A stretch of DNA of 64,000 nucleotides from Lama glama (taxonomy: Eukaryota): NCBI GenBank assembly GCA_028534125.1, contig CM052817.1, forward strand, positions 62,994,001 to 63,058,000. Reading direction: 5' to 3'. Both the position numbers and the translations under genes were made by a program. This document shows positions 1 to 12,440 of the stretch, piece by piece. The notes under the pieces were generated by a model. The model had not been told where the DNA came from. It searched no databases and saw only the letters and a program-made list of their open reading frames with translations. Each line of letters opens with the position of its first letter. Positions within the stretch are counted from its first letter, which is position 1.

Positions 1-145
1 TAGCATAGGGAACTATATTCAATTTCTTGTAATAATATATAATGGAAAAGAAGCTGAAAAGAAAATATATGTATGTAGAAGTATAACTGAAACACTCTGA
101 TGTACACCTGGAAGTAATGTTGTAAATCAACTACACTTCAACGAA
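1..145 (+). mobile_element. L1 3' UTR end (cetartiodactyl-type), cut by window edge
   Basis: tagcatagggaactatattcaa...tgtaaatcaactacacttcaa, the same terminal motif as the L1 end near 31200-31340. Confidence 0.85.
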
Positions 146-404
146 ACATTTTCAAAAAGCAATATGCATATGGAAAAAACAAATTAAATCAATATTTAAA
201 ATCAGATCTTTCCATAGTGCTTGCCACCTGAAATTAAAACATCACAAGAATTCTCATTTTGAAAAACAAATAAATAAAAGAACCATTTTAATTAATCATA
301 TTAATACTGAGAATAGTTGAATATTAATGCTTAAGATATTAGCTCGTATAGGAGTAACAATCTAACAAATCTGATGGCAAAGTATGAAGAATAAATAATG
401 AAAA

Positions 405-500
405 TTGGATTCTAATCTAGTTTTGACATAATGCAGCTGCAATCTATGAAAAATCATTTAATCTCTATGGTTTGTTTTCCACTTTGTAAAATAATGTTTT
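405..500 (+). mobile_element. MIR SINE fragment
   Basis: Degenerate MIR core: aaatcatttaatctctatgg...ttttccactttgtaaaataatg. Confidence 0.5.
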
Positions 501-2874
501 ACCATGCTGAGCAGTAATCTGTAGTTACTATTATTTAAATAAGTCATCCTATTACAAATCTTAATCTAGTATTTTCACATTTTGGCCACCATCCTCAATA
601 AGCAGGGAAGAAAAAGGAACAACGAGATTAAAAAATGATTGAATATCTACTATGTGTTTCCCAGTGTTCTAGGTATTTTATAATTACTGTTTTGCTTAAT
701 TATCATAATTACTTTTTGTAGTAAATATGTGAATTAAAAAGTTGAAGATTTTGTGGCTTGACTAGTAATTCGTCTGTAAAAAATGATTAATGCAAGTATA
801 CACCTGTGAGACTCTCATTCAAATTTGCACTTGAATGTGAGACTCAATGTGAACAAGCTAGAAGTTCGTACTACCTTTCTGCCTCCCACGACCATCTGCC
901 CTCCCTACATACACACCTGCACTCACGCAAAACTCTATGCAAATAACATTTCAATTGGCAGAAACTGTGTTAACCATACACCAGCAACTTTATGTTTCCC
1001 CAGACACTAGTGTCACCTAGTTCTTTAGGAAGTTTGTGCTTTGTGCCCTATATTTATACCTTTGACTCTAATCTTTTGATTCTGCTATTTTAAAATTTTT
1101 CCCTAGTGTTACATATTTTTAAAGTTGTTCTTCTTGCTCAGGTAAGGGAATAATTATCTCAGTCTTTTTGGTAAAGTGAAAGAATATATTAAGACCTAGA
1201 TATTTGTTTAGATTTACTGATATCAAAAATTTGCTTAATGGCATCTGACTTTGGTTTGATTGGATCTCATTACCATATATTTAATAATATTCTTCTCCCA
1301 AATCCTGAGTTATTTTGTAAACTTCACTTGAGTTACATAAAGAAAACAGGATTCACTCCAACGTTTTAAACTATATTTCACAAAATATACAATTTATTAT
1401 CTACTGGTAGACCTTAGCAGACTAATTCAGATTTTGAAAAAATAAAATTCATCAGTATCTACTGAGTTTTATTTTGTCATTGGTTATTTATGAGAACAAT
1501 ACACATATTGTCAGGAGAAATCATAGACAAAAAGAAAAACTAATCTAATGAAGTAATAATGTTGTTAACTGTCTTCACAAACCATGATAGAATATATACA
1601 AATGACCAGAATAACAAAGCTTTGGCCACACTTTACAGTATATAATATATCATAAAAATGAATAGTGGCTCACAAATAAATGTTTTTAGGGATAAATTTG
1701 TTCATATCTTTTCAGTACTTGATGTAATAGATTGTGATACCACATGGAAATAAAAATATATTAAAAAAAACCTGACAGCTGCTATTCTAAAATACAGGTT
1801 TCTAAATGTTGATTAAAAAAAATTAGAGATTTTACAGAAAATCCGTGCAGTATTACTGCAATATCTACTATAATTTTAAAGGTATTATACATCAGAGACT
1901 TTCACTTGCATTTATTTGTTCTAATAGCCCACTGATCAAAACAACAAGCCAAAACTAATAATGCAACATAACTATGAGGGAGAAAAACACTAAAAAAATA
2001 TATAATTAGTCCATCCACATTTGAATTTGCATGACATGCTTCTCCTATAAAATAGGTGACTTTTTAAAAAAAAATGATAACTTTATGATAAATTCATTGT
2101 ATTCATAATCTTCCTTATTAATATTTATTAATTATATCTCTGCCTCAGTAAACAGACAAAAATACATACACTTAATTTAATAAAAATTAGTTTGTAATTT
2201 AAAGAATTAGTAAATACTTGTTCAAATAAATTTTGAATGTATTGTAAAATATTTAAATGGTCCTTTATTACTTATGAAATACATGTATTAAAAACAGCTA
2301 ATTTAGTACATCTTGTGCCAGTAAATTTCAGGTTTAAACGCAGTTTAATAATAAGTTTTAACATTTATGATCAAGCATTAAACCTTTTTTAAAACATGGC
2401 TACAGCAAAATAGTATTTTTTCTTGCAAAATAGTGTATGATCCAGAGAAAAAGAGATTTGTACAATTCTAGCTTTGTAAATATAGTGATTCTAGTTGATA
2501 ACGTATTATGGGAATATACTATATTTTAGTTTAAAATTACAATGCAAAAGATAGCATAAAGCTGCAATGAAGACTGAACTTTTTTATGTTAATCAACATA
2601 AAAGGCATAGGTCATCACAACTTCAATACAGTAAGAGACTAAAATAAATGGAAGATAATCAATCCAATTTGAGCCCTTATTTAAGTTCTGTAAAGTTGAA
2701 AATAGCCTGTGTGAATCTATGCTTAGCAGATGCCCCTCATTTTACATAAATAAACTTTTAAAGTGGGGGTATCATCACATACCATTCTGAAGCAACTACT
2801 GGCATAACGCCATTGCTCCTCAAATAAAAACATGAAAAAATTTGTTCAAAATATTTTGTCACTGAGAACTATAG

Positions 2875-4110
2875 AATAAAACCACAGTGAGATGAGATAC
2901 TACTACTCATCTATTTGAATGGCCAAATGGAAAGAAAAAAAAAAAGCTGACAATAGCCAATGCTAGTGAGCATGAGGAACAACAGAACTTTGATTCATTG
3001 CCACTGAGGTTATGCGGTAGAGCAATAGTAAGATCTCACATATAAAAGTCAATCTTTTCCTTTAAACTATTATTCAAGAGTCATAAAATAGCATTATTGT
3101 ACCTAAAATATTTAAAAAGCTAAAAAATAAAACTAGCCAGAAGTATAAAAAGTTTTATAAATGTAAAAACCAATAATCAGAAAACATTATTGAAGATCAT
3201 AAAACATAACAAGTTAATGGAGAGCTGTGCAATGTTCACGCATGAGAAGGATCAATATTCTAAAGCTGTCAGTTCCACTCAAAATTAACCTATAAACTCA
3301 GTAGTTCCCCCCCAAAATTAATAATATTTTATATAATTTGACATGGGGCTTTTAAAATACAAATGGAACCATAATTTGTAAAATTAGCCAAGAGAGTTTA
3401 ATTAAACAAAGAAATGTAGTAGCCTTGATCTATGACCTAATTATAGCATCTTATAAAATTATAGTAAATAAATGGTGTGTCATTTGATCAAAAACAAATG
3501 AATATATAATTAGAAGTCATTAGAAAATTTATAAAGTCACTGACAAACACAAAACAGAAAAATCAGTAAATGATAAAAATAATATTTCAAGTGATTACAG
3601 AAAAGTCATTATCTTATAATTTGTTTTTTAAAATTGAATATCTGGAGAATTACATAATATAACTTTTACACCATACCATTCATAAAAATAAATTTCTGAT
3701 GAATTAAATATCTAAGTATTTTGAAAGTATGGGAGTATTTTGGAAACATAAATATTATCTTTGGAGAAAGAAAGTTTTTCATAACAGAAAAAGGGAAATT
3801 ATGGAAATATTACACCATCAATTTTATTATCTACATGGCAAATGACACCATGAAATCTTTAAATCAATAAAGGTTGTTTCTAGAGTATGTACACAATTAA
3901 TACAATTAAATAAAAAAAAATGGGAAAATAAGAAAAAGGACAAAATTATAAGACAGTAATTCACAGAAAATATTTATATATGGCAAATAAATGTTTAAAG
4001 CAATTTATAAAATACATGTGATAAAAGAAACAAATTAAATTGTTAATAAATGAATTCTTCCCTCCATTCTCCTGTCTGGTTATAGCAAATGTCAGAGTTT
4101 AAGTCTTACA
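2875..4110 (+). mobile_element. Old L1 (L1ME-like) ORF2 3' fragments, highly decayed
   Basis: accacagtgagat...tgacaatagccaatgctagtgagcatgaggaacaacagaac and atcaatattctaaagctgtcagtt...ttaacctataaactca resemble L1 ORF2 DNA; A-rich + strand. Confidence 0.7.
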
Positions 4111-5074
4111 ATCATTTCTTTGTTGTATATGAAGTTACTTCTGCACTTGTTCTTTTGCCTCACCTGCACAAGGCAAAAGTAAAGAATACAGTAGACAGAA
4201 TTTCCATGTGTAAAGGCTGCTTTGATCACTACTGGTGTTTAAATTTACTATGTGTAGAAAAAGCATGTCTGCTGCACTCAGTGCCCCTTACTAGGTTCCT
4301 AAAAGACTGGAATTATAATGTACCACCCCCCTGTCGTTTACATCCCACTTTTATGTGTTGCTGCTTTTATGGAGTGCTAAATTGCTTAATTAAATTTTAC
4401 TAGTTTATTCTGCTTGCTCATTCATATCCTACTTAATTCAGCCTACCACATTTTCTTCCTTAAAATGAACATATGAAATCTTATGATGTATTTTGAGAGG
4501 TACATTTGGGCTGTGAAAATGGGTAAGTGGTTTAACGTGAAAGGTGATTTTTGTTGAAAAAACAACTGAATACTCCATTCGTGTAGAAAAGTCACAGACA
4601 ACATTTGCATGTTGGGTTTAACAAAGCTTTTGGAGGGGTAAATATTGGATTAAATGTTTGCTTTTACTAGGTACCATTCTTGCCTGTTTCTAAGCTATTG
4701 TTCTGTATGTTTGGAACATTCTTTATTCCTAAAACTAAGAATTGTGCATATAATACTCTCTGTAACAAAATCCCTGTTTAGAGTCTGTAAGAAGAGGAAG
4801 CACTAATGTTTTTGTTTTGTTTTGTTTCGTTTTAATGCTTTCTTTATCAGAATGCCTTTGTAATTGAAGATGGCTGGTACACGATGAAGGATTGGAGTGT
4901 TTCCATATCATTCTTTCAGCACTAGCACTTCTAAAACTTTCCATTCTTCTTGGAACCGTTTCTTCTCTTTTCAGATGGCCTCAAATATTTAAGTTAAAAC
5001 CTATGATCATTTAAAATAATTATCTTCATTGTTTCTTCTTCACATATTAAGGATTGACTGTAGCTTAGAGATAG

Positions 5075-5292
5075 TGACTGAGTATATTCAAGGTCTGAAA
5101 GAAGTCAGTGTCTGGAGTAAAGTGAGCTAGATTTTCATTAGCTATTAGAAAGGAGTCAGGAGATAAAATATGCAGAACCTAACATGTCTTCATAAAGAAT
5201 GTGGATTTAATCTAAGCACAATTGATAGTAAATGGAATATTTAAGCAAGAAAGAGGTATGACCTAACTTGTGTTTGTTACAAGTTACTATGG
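5075..5292 (-). mobile_element. L2 fragment
   Basis: GA-rich L2 antisense motifs, e.g. taaagaatgtggatttaatctaag...ttaagcaagaaagaggtatgacctaacttgtgttt. Confidence 0.6.
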
Positions 5293-5294
5293 TG

Positions 5295-5990
5295 AGATCC
5301 CAGCTTTCAGTCATGACAGATTAAATGCTACCAGATTTGATCTCTTCATGAAAACTACTACAAAACAGGGTAAACAGATATGAGACAGAACATTTCAGGC
5401 ATGAGACGATAGGCAGAGAACTGTGATTGCAGAGAGAAGAGACACACAGGAGGTGAGCCAGACAATTGTAGCATGATCAGAAAGGGGGCTCCATATGTCT
5501 CTGCAGAGAATCACCATGGGTCCTTGGAAGAGGGCTAAGTGGTTCACTTCAGATTAGACATTTGAGTCCCAATCTGGTCAGAGAGGAAAGATGCCCAAGA
5601 GCTCACTGGGCATTCAGTCAAGACTCCAGAAAATGCTCTGACTTAGAAGTAAGGTATGTGGTAAATGGCATACATACCCTGTCCTAAGTACAAAACAGAA
5701 ATAGAACCTACTTAACACAGAATAAGATCAAATCTGGTAGGACTGAAGTATAAACCAGCAATTTGAATACCTGGCAAAACAAAATGCAATGCCCTCTAAT
5801 GGGGGACAAAATGGTCCAAATACTCCACAATATAATCCACTGTGTCCAACATAAAATTTAAGAACAAGAAAATACTAGATGTGAAAAAACATGAAAGATC
5901 ATCTTATAAACAAAAGAAGGAGCAATAAGAAACTTAACTTCAAAATAATCCAGGTGTTGTAATTAATAGAAAATAATTTTAAAGAAGCTG
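5295..5990 (+). mobile_element. Old L1 5' end (L1M4/L1MC-MD type)
   Basis: Begins ctttcagtcatgacag...aaaactactacaaaac...ctgtgattgcagagagaag...aggtgagcc; similar to the 5' end at 57765. Confidence 0.65.
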
Positions 5991-6293
5991 TTGTTTCTTT
6001 TCCTTTGCTACGTTATCACGTGGATACTGTTTTCAATAGTGCAGCGGAAAGGGGAAAGTGCAGGAAATAAAAATAGCTGTAGTTATAACCAGAGAAACAG
6101 AGTTATTAAGAGAAATAATTTATTAAATTACTTTCCAAGTGAAACTTGGACTACATTCAACAAGTCTCAAGCTTCCTAAACTTTCATTTCCTTATGTTTA
6201 AGCTTGAAATAATGATACGAATTTCAACACACAGCTCTTTTTTTACTGTAAGAGTAGGAGGTGTGTTCTTTCCACCTCTCTACATCCTGGAAT

Positions 6294-6926
6294 TGAGACA
6301 GGATGGAAAGGGGCAGAGCACAGCCATTCAAGCAATGCTATAGCAATTAACATTAAAATGGTGAAATATTCAACCCCTAGTAGGTCTTGAGGCTCAGGAT
6401 AGTGAGAGATTTAACTTCTTGTAGATCTTGAGCTTCATTATATGCTCATTGTAATACATTAACATGGTGAATAACACACCTACAGGTACCATGGCAGTCC
6501 CAAGTCTAGCCACAAAAGGTCAAAGAGTGGGAAATGGCCAACTTCCTGGGAATCCCAGCCCCTGCCCCAGGCTACTTAGACTGGTCCTTCCACTTATTAG
6601 CATATGAAGCCACCAAGGCCATAAAAACTAGCAACATGGGCACCTCACAAACACCCCTCTCTCTCCCTCTTCAGAGACAGCCCACATTCTGTCTATGGAG
6701 TGTGTACCTACTTTTAATCTGAGTACCCAACTCCCTCACCTCGTAGCCTTTCTCTTGCCTTTCAATGTATCTCTGAATAAATCTACCTTCACTCAACTGT
6801 GGCTCACTCTTGAATTCTTTCCTGCGCAAAGCCAAGGACCCACACTTGGCGGGGCACATCCCAGGGGCTCAACCGAAGCCTGGGACACAGCCCTTTCTCA
6901 TGCCCCACATCTGTTTTCCTGCATCA
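6294..6926 (+). mobile_element. ERV1 solo LTR, MER41-like, 633 bp
   Basis: TG...CA termini; perfect 4-bp TSD GAAT (6290-6293 and 6927-6930); ATAAAAA near 6621; AATAAA 6776-6781; MER41-type U5 ctcttgaattctttcctgcgcaaagccaagga. Confidence 0.85.
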
Positions 6927-6964
6927 GAATGACCAATGTAAGCCCTATTCAGTTTTTCAATTGT

Positions 6965-7197
6965 ATTTTTTATTGAAGTGTAGTTAATTTATAACATCAG
7001 TTTCAGGTGTACAGCAAAGCTATTCACTTATACATACATGTTTTTTTTTCTTTTCCCAGATTCTTTTCCATGATATGTTATTACAAGAAATTGAATATAG
7101 TCCCTGTGCTATACAATAGGGCCTTGTTGTTTATCTATTTTACATATAGTAATGTGTATCTGTTAATCCCAAACTCCTAATTTATCCCTCCCCCTCC
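6965..7197 (-). mobile_element. 5'-truncated L1 3' UTR (cetartiodactyl-type)
   Basis: tttttattgaagtgtagtt...ttgaatatagtccctgtgctatac...tcccaaactcctaatttatccctccc; reverse complement of the L1 end near 31110-31340. Confidence 0.9.
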
Positions 7198-7684
7198 TTG
7201 TTCATTTATTTTTGAAAATGCAAATATGGTCATACTCTAAAAACTGTTTTACAATGTGTCATTTGTATTTACATACTTATATGTGACATCATCATATATA
7301 GTCACCAGTACCTAGTTATCCTGCTCTTCTTTTGATCTCTTCTTTTTCTAAATGAGTTAAACTTTTTTAGATGGAGTTCTTAGAACTCAAACCATTTCAT
7401 ATCATGGTACAGTTTTGGCCACAGTTTTGAAGAATCTATTTTAAAATTCAGAAGCCAGAAATTCATTCATTTTTCTGGTTCAACATTTCTGTTATGTCAC
7501 CATTAAGAAAATGTCAAATCCAGTGCTGGATCTATTGGTTCCTGCTGGGGAAAGGAAGGAGAGGCTTCATTAATGTATCAAAAGAATTGTTTGCAACTCT
7601 ATGGTAATGTTGTTTATTTAATATGTAAATAATGCCAAGATGAACTTCAAATGCCCCCAATCCTAATTGTGTTTCTTTCCTTAC

Positions 7685-7790
7685 TAGTAGCAGGCACTGT
7701 TTAAACATACTTGGTTTACAAGGAACACAGCAAGAACAGAACAGGAAGAAAAAAAAAAAAAAAACTCTGCTGTCACAGAGCTTACATTAT
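7685..7790 (-). mobile_element. L2 3' end fragment with internal poly(A)
   Basis: caggcactgtt...ctctgctgtcacagagcttacatt. Confidence 0.55.
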
Positions 7791-9007
7791 GATTGTAAGA
7801 CTCCCAAAGACACATTAGAAATGAACTTAGTGTGCATCTATACTCAATACATTTCTACATCAATTGCTCACCTTGCAAATACTATTTTGTGCATCAAATT
7901 TCATTTCATCATGCAACAAATAAAATATATTTATTGATGTGATATTCAAATTTGTCATATAGAAAATCCCCTATATTGCCTAATGCAAGAAAACATATTT
8001 TATCATTATTTGATAATCACCTTAAAAGTATTTGTTAATATTCTAGTGTAGTACTATATTATCGATGGTAAAAATGTCTTTGCTTTACTGAAGTTATAAT
8101 CTAAGAGTAACAATAAAAACAGTGACACAATGTTAAGTCATTGCGCATGCAGATCATTCCTAAAATTCTTAACATGTACTGCTCTAGAGGTTTCTGGACA
8201 GTTTATATGCATCAAAATGGAGACAAGCAATTAAACATCTAGAATCAAATAAAGCAGTACTCCTAGTCTGATAGGGTGATTTTTAGATTTTTTTGTTTTT
8301 GCACAGAGCATCATTTTAATAGCTACCTTTTTTAAGGCATACTTTACTCAAATACTCATGACCACGATATTTAAGTTCTTGTTTCAAATTCCCAAACTTC
8401 AGATAATGTAATTTTAGGACAAAAAATATCTTAGAACTAATCCAATTCAACCCTGCTACATTAAATACAAACAATACTCACTATGGCCTATATGGTAAAA
8501 TGTTTCATATTTTTTAAACTAATTACTTGCCGCAGAACCAGGACTTGAATCATTCTCAAATTTCCCAATTTCACACATTTATAAACTTGTCAGTATCATT
8601 TAGCTCCTTTGTTTTTATTATCAACATTTTAAATTGGTGTGAAGTCCTTCATCTTTAAAAAATGATTACTGTATGGTTACTTTTGAATAGATTTTATCCT
8701 AATTCTTTATTTCATCAGGAGACTAGATGACTCCCAATGTAATAGTGAGCTTTCTAGGTTGGCCAATCTTTTAATTTTTTTAAAAAAAATTGTCTGAAAT
8801 AGTTTTATACCTAATTTATAGCTGAAAATCACTCAAGGGATTTTAGGACATAAATATATTCAGATATTTCTTATCTCTCACAACTACCTTTAAGGCTAAT
8901 GAAAGAACAATGAATTTTACTTCCTTCTTGCTTATTCAACAAAACAGATAAGGTTAATAAACATTTAAACAACCAATCAGGTATATGCTAACTTAGCAAA
9001 TGAATAA

Positions 9008-9011
<4 letters not shown>

Positions 9012-9038
<27 letters not shown>
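9012..9038. repeat. (TG)13 microsatellite
   Basis: Read directly. Confidence 0.95.
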
Positions 9039-12000
9039 ATAAACATATAGGATCAATGTAGAATTGAAAATAAAGGCATTATATAGATTTTTCTTTGTTC
9101 ATGGAAATCACTTAACAAATAGAAAATTAGGTTTTATTTTTTATTAATTTTGATAATGTATTTGACCAAGTTTGCTAAATATGGGTAATTCCTTACTTAA
9201 ATTGTAAAATTTCAATTTTGGCTTGAATCTCCTTCAGAAGCATCACATCAGTTGTCAGAAGAATATTATCCAATGAAAGGCAAAAAAACCTCAGGAAGTA
9301 AGAGAACAGATTGTTTAATAGCAATATTCCCTATACAGGAGCATATGACATTAGGCAATAAAACCATCTTTCATCCTGTGACTCCTCACCATGTGGTCTC
9401 GGCATGTCTGTGAGAGAATCAGGCATTTATTACTTCATATGTCCTCTGATACTTTGGGATTATCACTTAATTAACTCAGTATAAATAGACTGAACAAGTG
9501 GTGTAAATCCCAGTGGACACAACACTTAGAAATCTATGATGGATCCTCAAAAGAAATCCTGGAAAATGAACTAACAAGAAATAGAGAAGTGACACCTGCT
9601 TCAGATCAGGATTTGAGATTATGACAAACACTTTATTTTTCAGCACATGTGTTTTAGTTCTGGCTGACACATTTACCAGTTATAAATAAACAGACATTTA
9701 CTAAAATATTATAGAACCTTTTCCATGATTCTCAGTTTGGAGAAATATTAAAGGATTAGAGATTAGTTTAATTTCTAGACACAATTTTAATACTTGCTCT
9801 ATTTTGGCTGAATTTAAGAGAATTCAATAAAACCATTAGTTGATGATGGAGACATACTTTCATGTTGGAGACAATAAAGAGCATTTGTGTATTATTTGCT
9901 GTAAAATATGAGAAAGCTATAACTAATGGCATTGGGGTTTATTATTTTTTAAAGGTTTTCTCAAAAGTGAACTTAAACCTCTTAATCAAATCTCTCTGTG
10001 ACCATTTAGGAATCTGATTCAACTCTTTTCGAGATTACCCTGAAGAGTATAATTTAGAAATTTATTAGGTCAGATCAAAGAGTAGTACTAGATGTTTTAG
10101 ACCAAATTGCATCTAAAGACAAGCATCAAAAAATTATAATGCAATTTTAGCCAAACTATATCTTATATGCATGTTATACCAGTAAATTTTCCTGGACTTT
10201 ACTGTTAGTGGATCTTTATAAATGGAAATAAATATTCATATCATTGTTATCAAAAGTGCACTGGACGTTTTATAGTTTAATATATTTTAAAGTATATAAA
10301 GAACAGCAAACTGAAACATACTTTTGCTGACCCTGCCCAGGATTATTTTAGAGCTTAAATAAACAAATACATTTGTGTCTGCATCTAAAGACAGAAAGGT
10401 GGCTTAATAAATGAAGCTTTTAGCAAGGGACATCTCAGCTCCATAGAAGTCACTTCTAAATCCTTACAAGATGTCTCAGATACAGATCAATTGAATACAT
10501 CATATGCTATTATGCAGAATTCTTTTTCCTGCTGGTACTGTGGGGAAAAAAAAGTACTCAGTTTAAAAAACACTAAGATTATTAAATAAGGGATTCTGAG
10601 AATCTATTTTGCTTGATCAAAACTTCTAGTGCAGTGACACACATAAACTTTGGAGAGCCATCTATTTCAATAAGCAGTTTGTATTTACTCATTCCAATGA
10701 TCACAGGCTTTTATTTGAAGTAATTGTAGGGTCATCAAATAATGAGTGATGTGGAAAGACTGTTGTGGTAACATAAAAAAAGAATAAATATCAAAATGTT
10801 GTTTCTTTTTTTCTAGATAATAATAAAAATTACCTTCACATTAATGAATTGTGGTACTCCCTCATTTTCCCATATGCTGTTCCTTAACTTACGTACATTA
10901 GCTATAAATAAAAAAGGTCTTTATCAGGTTTATTCAAATTATTAACACACTAAACAATATTAGTATTTATCCACTTCTCACTTTTCAAGTGCAAAAGGGG
11001 AAGTATTCATGAGAGTGCTACCGACAGCTTAAGGTATTTTCTATTAGAAATGGTGTAAAAAACCAGTTTATGGTTAGAGATCAGAGTGTAAGGAAATTCT
11101 CATTCTCAATTCATTACCCAGAGGTGCACATGTCTGGTGGAGACAATCTGTTCACGTGGCTGCTGGAATACTGATGACAAACTAAGGGCCTGGCCTGCCA
11201 CCCACAATACTGATAAAGTCTCTAAAGACACTGTGATTCAAACAGTATTCCTTAAAATAGCTTTTTGGATCCTGTGTGTTTGCAGTTCTCAAACTCTTGA
11301 GAGTTAACCAAATTGACTACCACATACAGGCCCTGACCTGCTGCCAGAGAAATGTACAGCCTTGATTGCAGGCGGGCAGTAAGTAATTTTCATGCACCTT
11401 CAGTTCCCTCTATGTCGACTTCCGGCAGATTTTCTTTCTCTGGTGAATGTGTTTGATTTTTTCAGTCCCATTGAATATACTGCTGATGGCCTCACCTGTT
11501 TCTGTCAGTATGCCAGCCTGAACTTTAGCAGTCTTCACTCTGATTTTAAGGCCACTTAGATTATGTCATGAGATAGTTTTGACAAATACCAGGATAAGAA
11601 GTATTTATATGTATAATAAATAAAAGAGAAATAAATAATAATTTGTTAGGTAAAATTAAATATTATATTTAATATTGTTTTACTTTCTTATCTTTGGGAT
11701 GATCTACACATTTGGAATTACTTTATAAATTTCATTCACGTAACTCTTCACTAGAAGAACTAGCTCAGATTCTCCTTCTACATTTTTACTACTTGTCTTG
11801 ACTGTGTGTTGCAGCTTCTTGATTTTTGGTCCTGTAACAACATGCTGAAACTGAGAACATTTTAATTTCCAATTAAGAACGTGATCTCTTTTATTTAAAT
11901 CCATAGGTTCTCGGTAATCAATGGGTAAAAGTACTGGTGCTGTACTTTTTAAAGGACAAGTACTTCTACCTTGTAAAACGTAAACATGGCTTTTCAAGGA

Positions 12001-12212
12001 TTTCCATATAATAAATTAACAGACAACCCAGTGATTTGCTCTAAGATATAGGGAAATTTCTGGCACATTTCTAAAAAGAATCAAAATCATAAATTTATTA
12101 TTGAATGTCAAAGGGCTAGTTCCAGCTGAATTAATGGCTTTTGTTGATTTTGACTTATTTGTTAACCAGACCATTAAACTCAAAGTAAAAGAAATAATGA
12201 AAAAAATAAAGT

Positions 12213-12440
12213 CTATTATTTATTGAGTGTGTCTACGGTGCACCCATGCATTGTGTTGGGTGATGATAAATGATAGACAGACAGACAGTCTAACATCGTC
12301 CTCACAATAAGTTTAATACTGAGGAAATGGAGAATCACATAAGCTTAAAGATATCAAATCTAGTATGAATTACAAGGAGCACTACATTTCAAGGCTACAT
12401 TAACTCCAAAAGAACCAAAAGTTAGGTTCTTTCTGCTGTA
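12213..12440 (-). mobile_element. MIR fragment
   Basis: atttattgagtg...tcctcacaataa...gaggaaatggagaatcaca. Confidence 0.5.

Noticed and set aside
4851..4925. Plus-strand exon after tttctttatcag (NAFVIEDGWYTMKDW...)
   Set aside because: Short frame ending in a stop, no recognisable homology, no convincing donor.
9480..9690. Plus-strand terminal coding exon (INRLNKWCKSQW...DLRL*) followed by AATAAA
   Set aside because: Poor polypyrimidine tract, unrecognised peptide, and AATAAA is common in this AT-rich DNA.
11895..11945. Bromodomain-like DY..EPMDL motif
   Set aside because: Short superficial match with wrong spacing and no other bromodomain residues.
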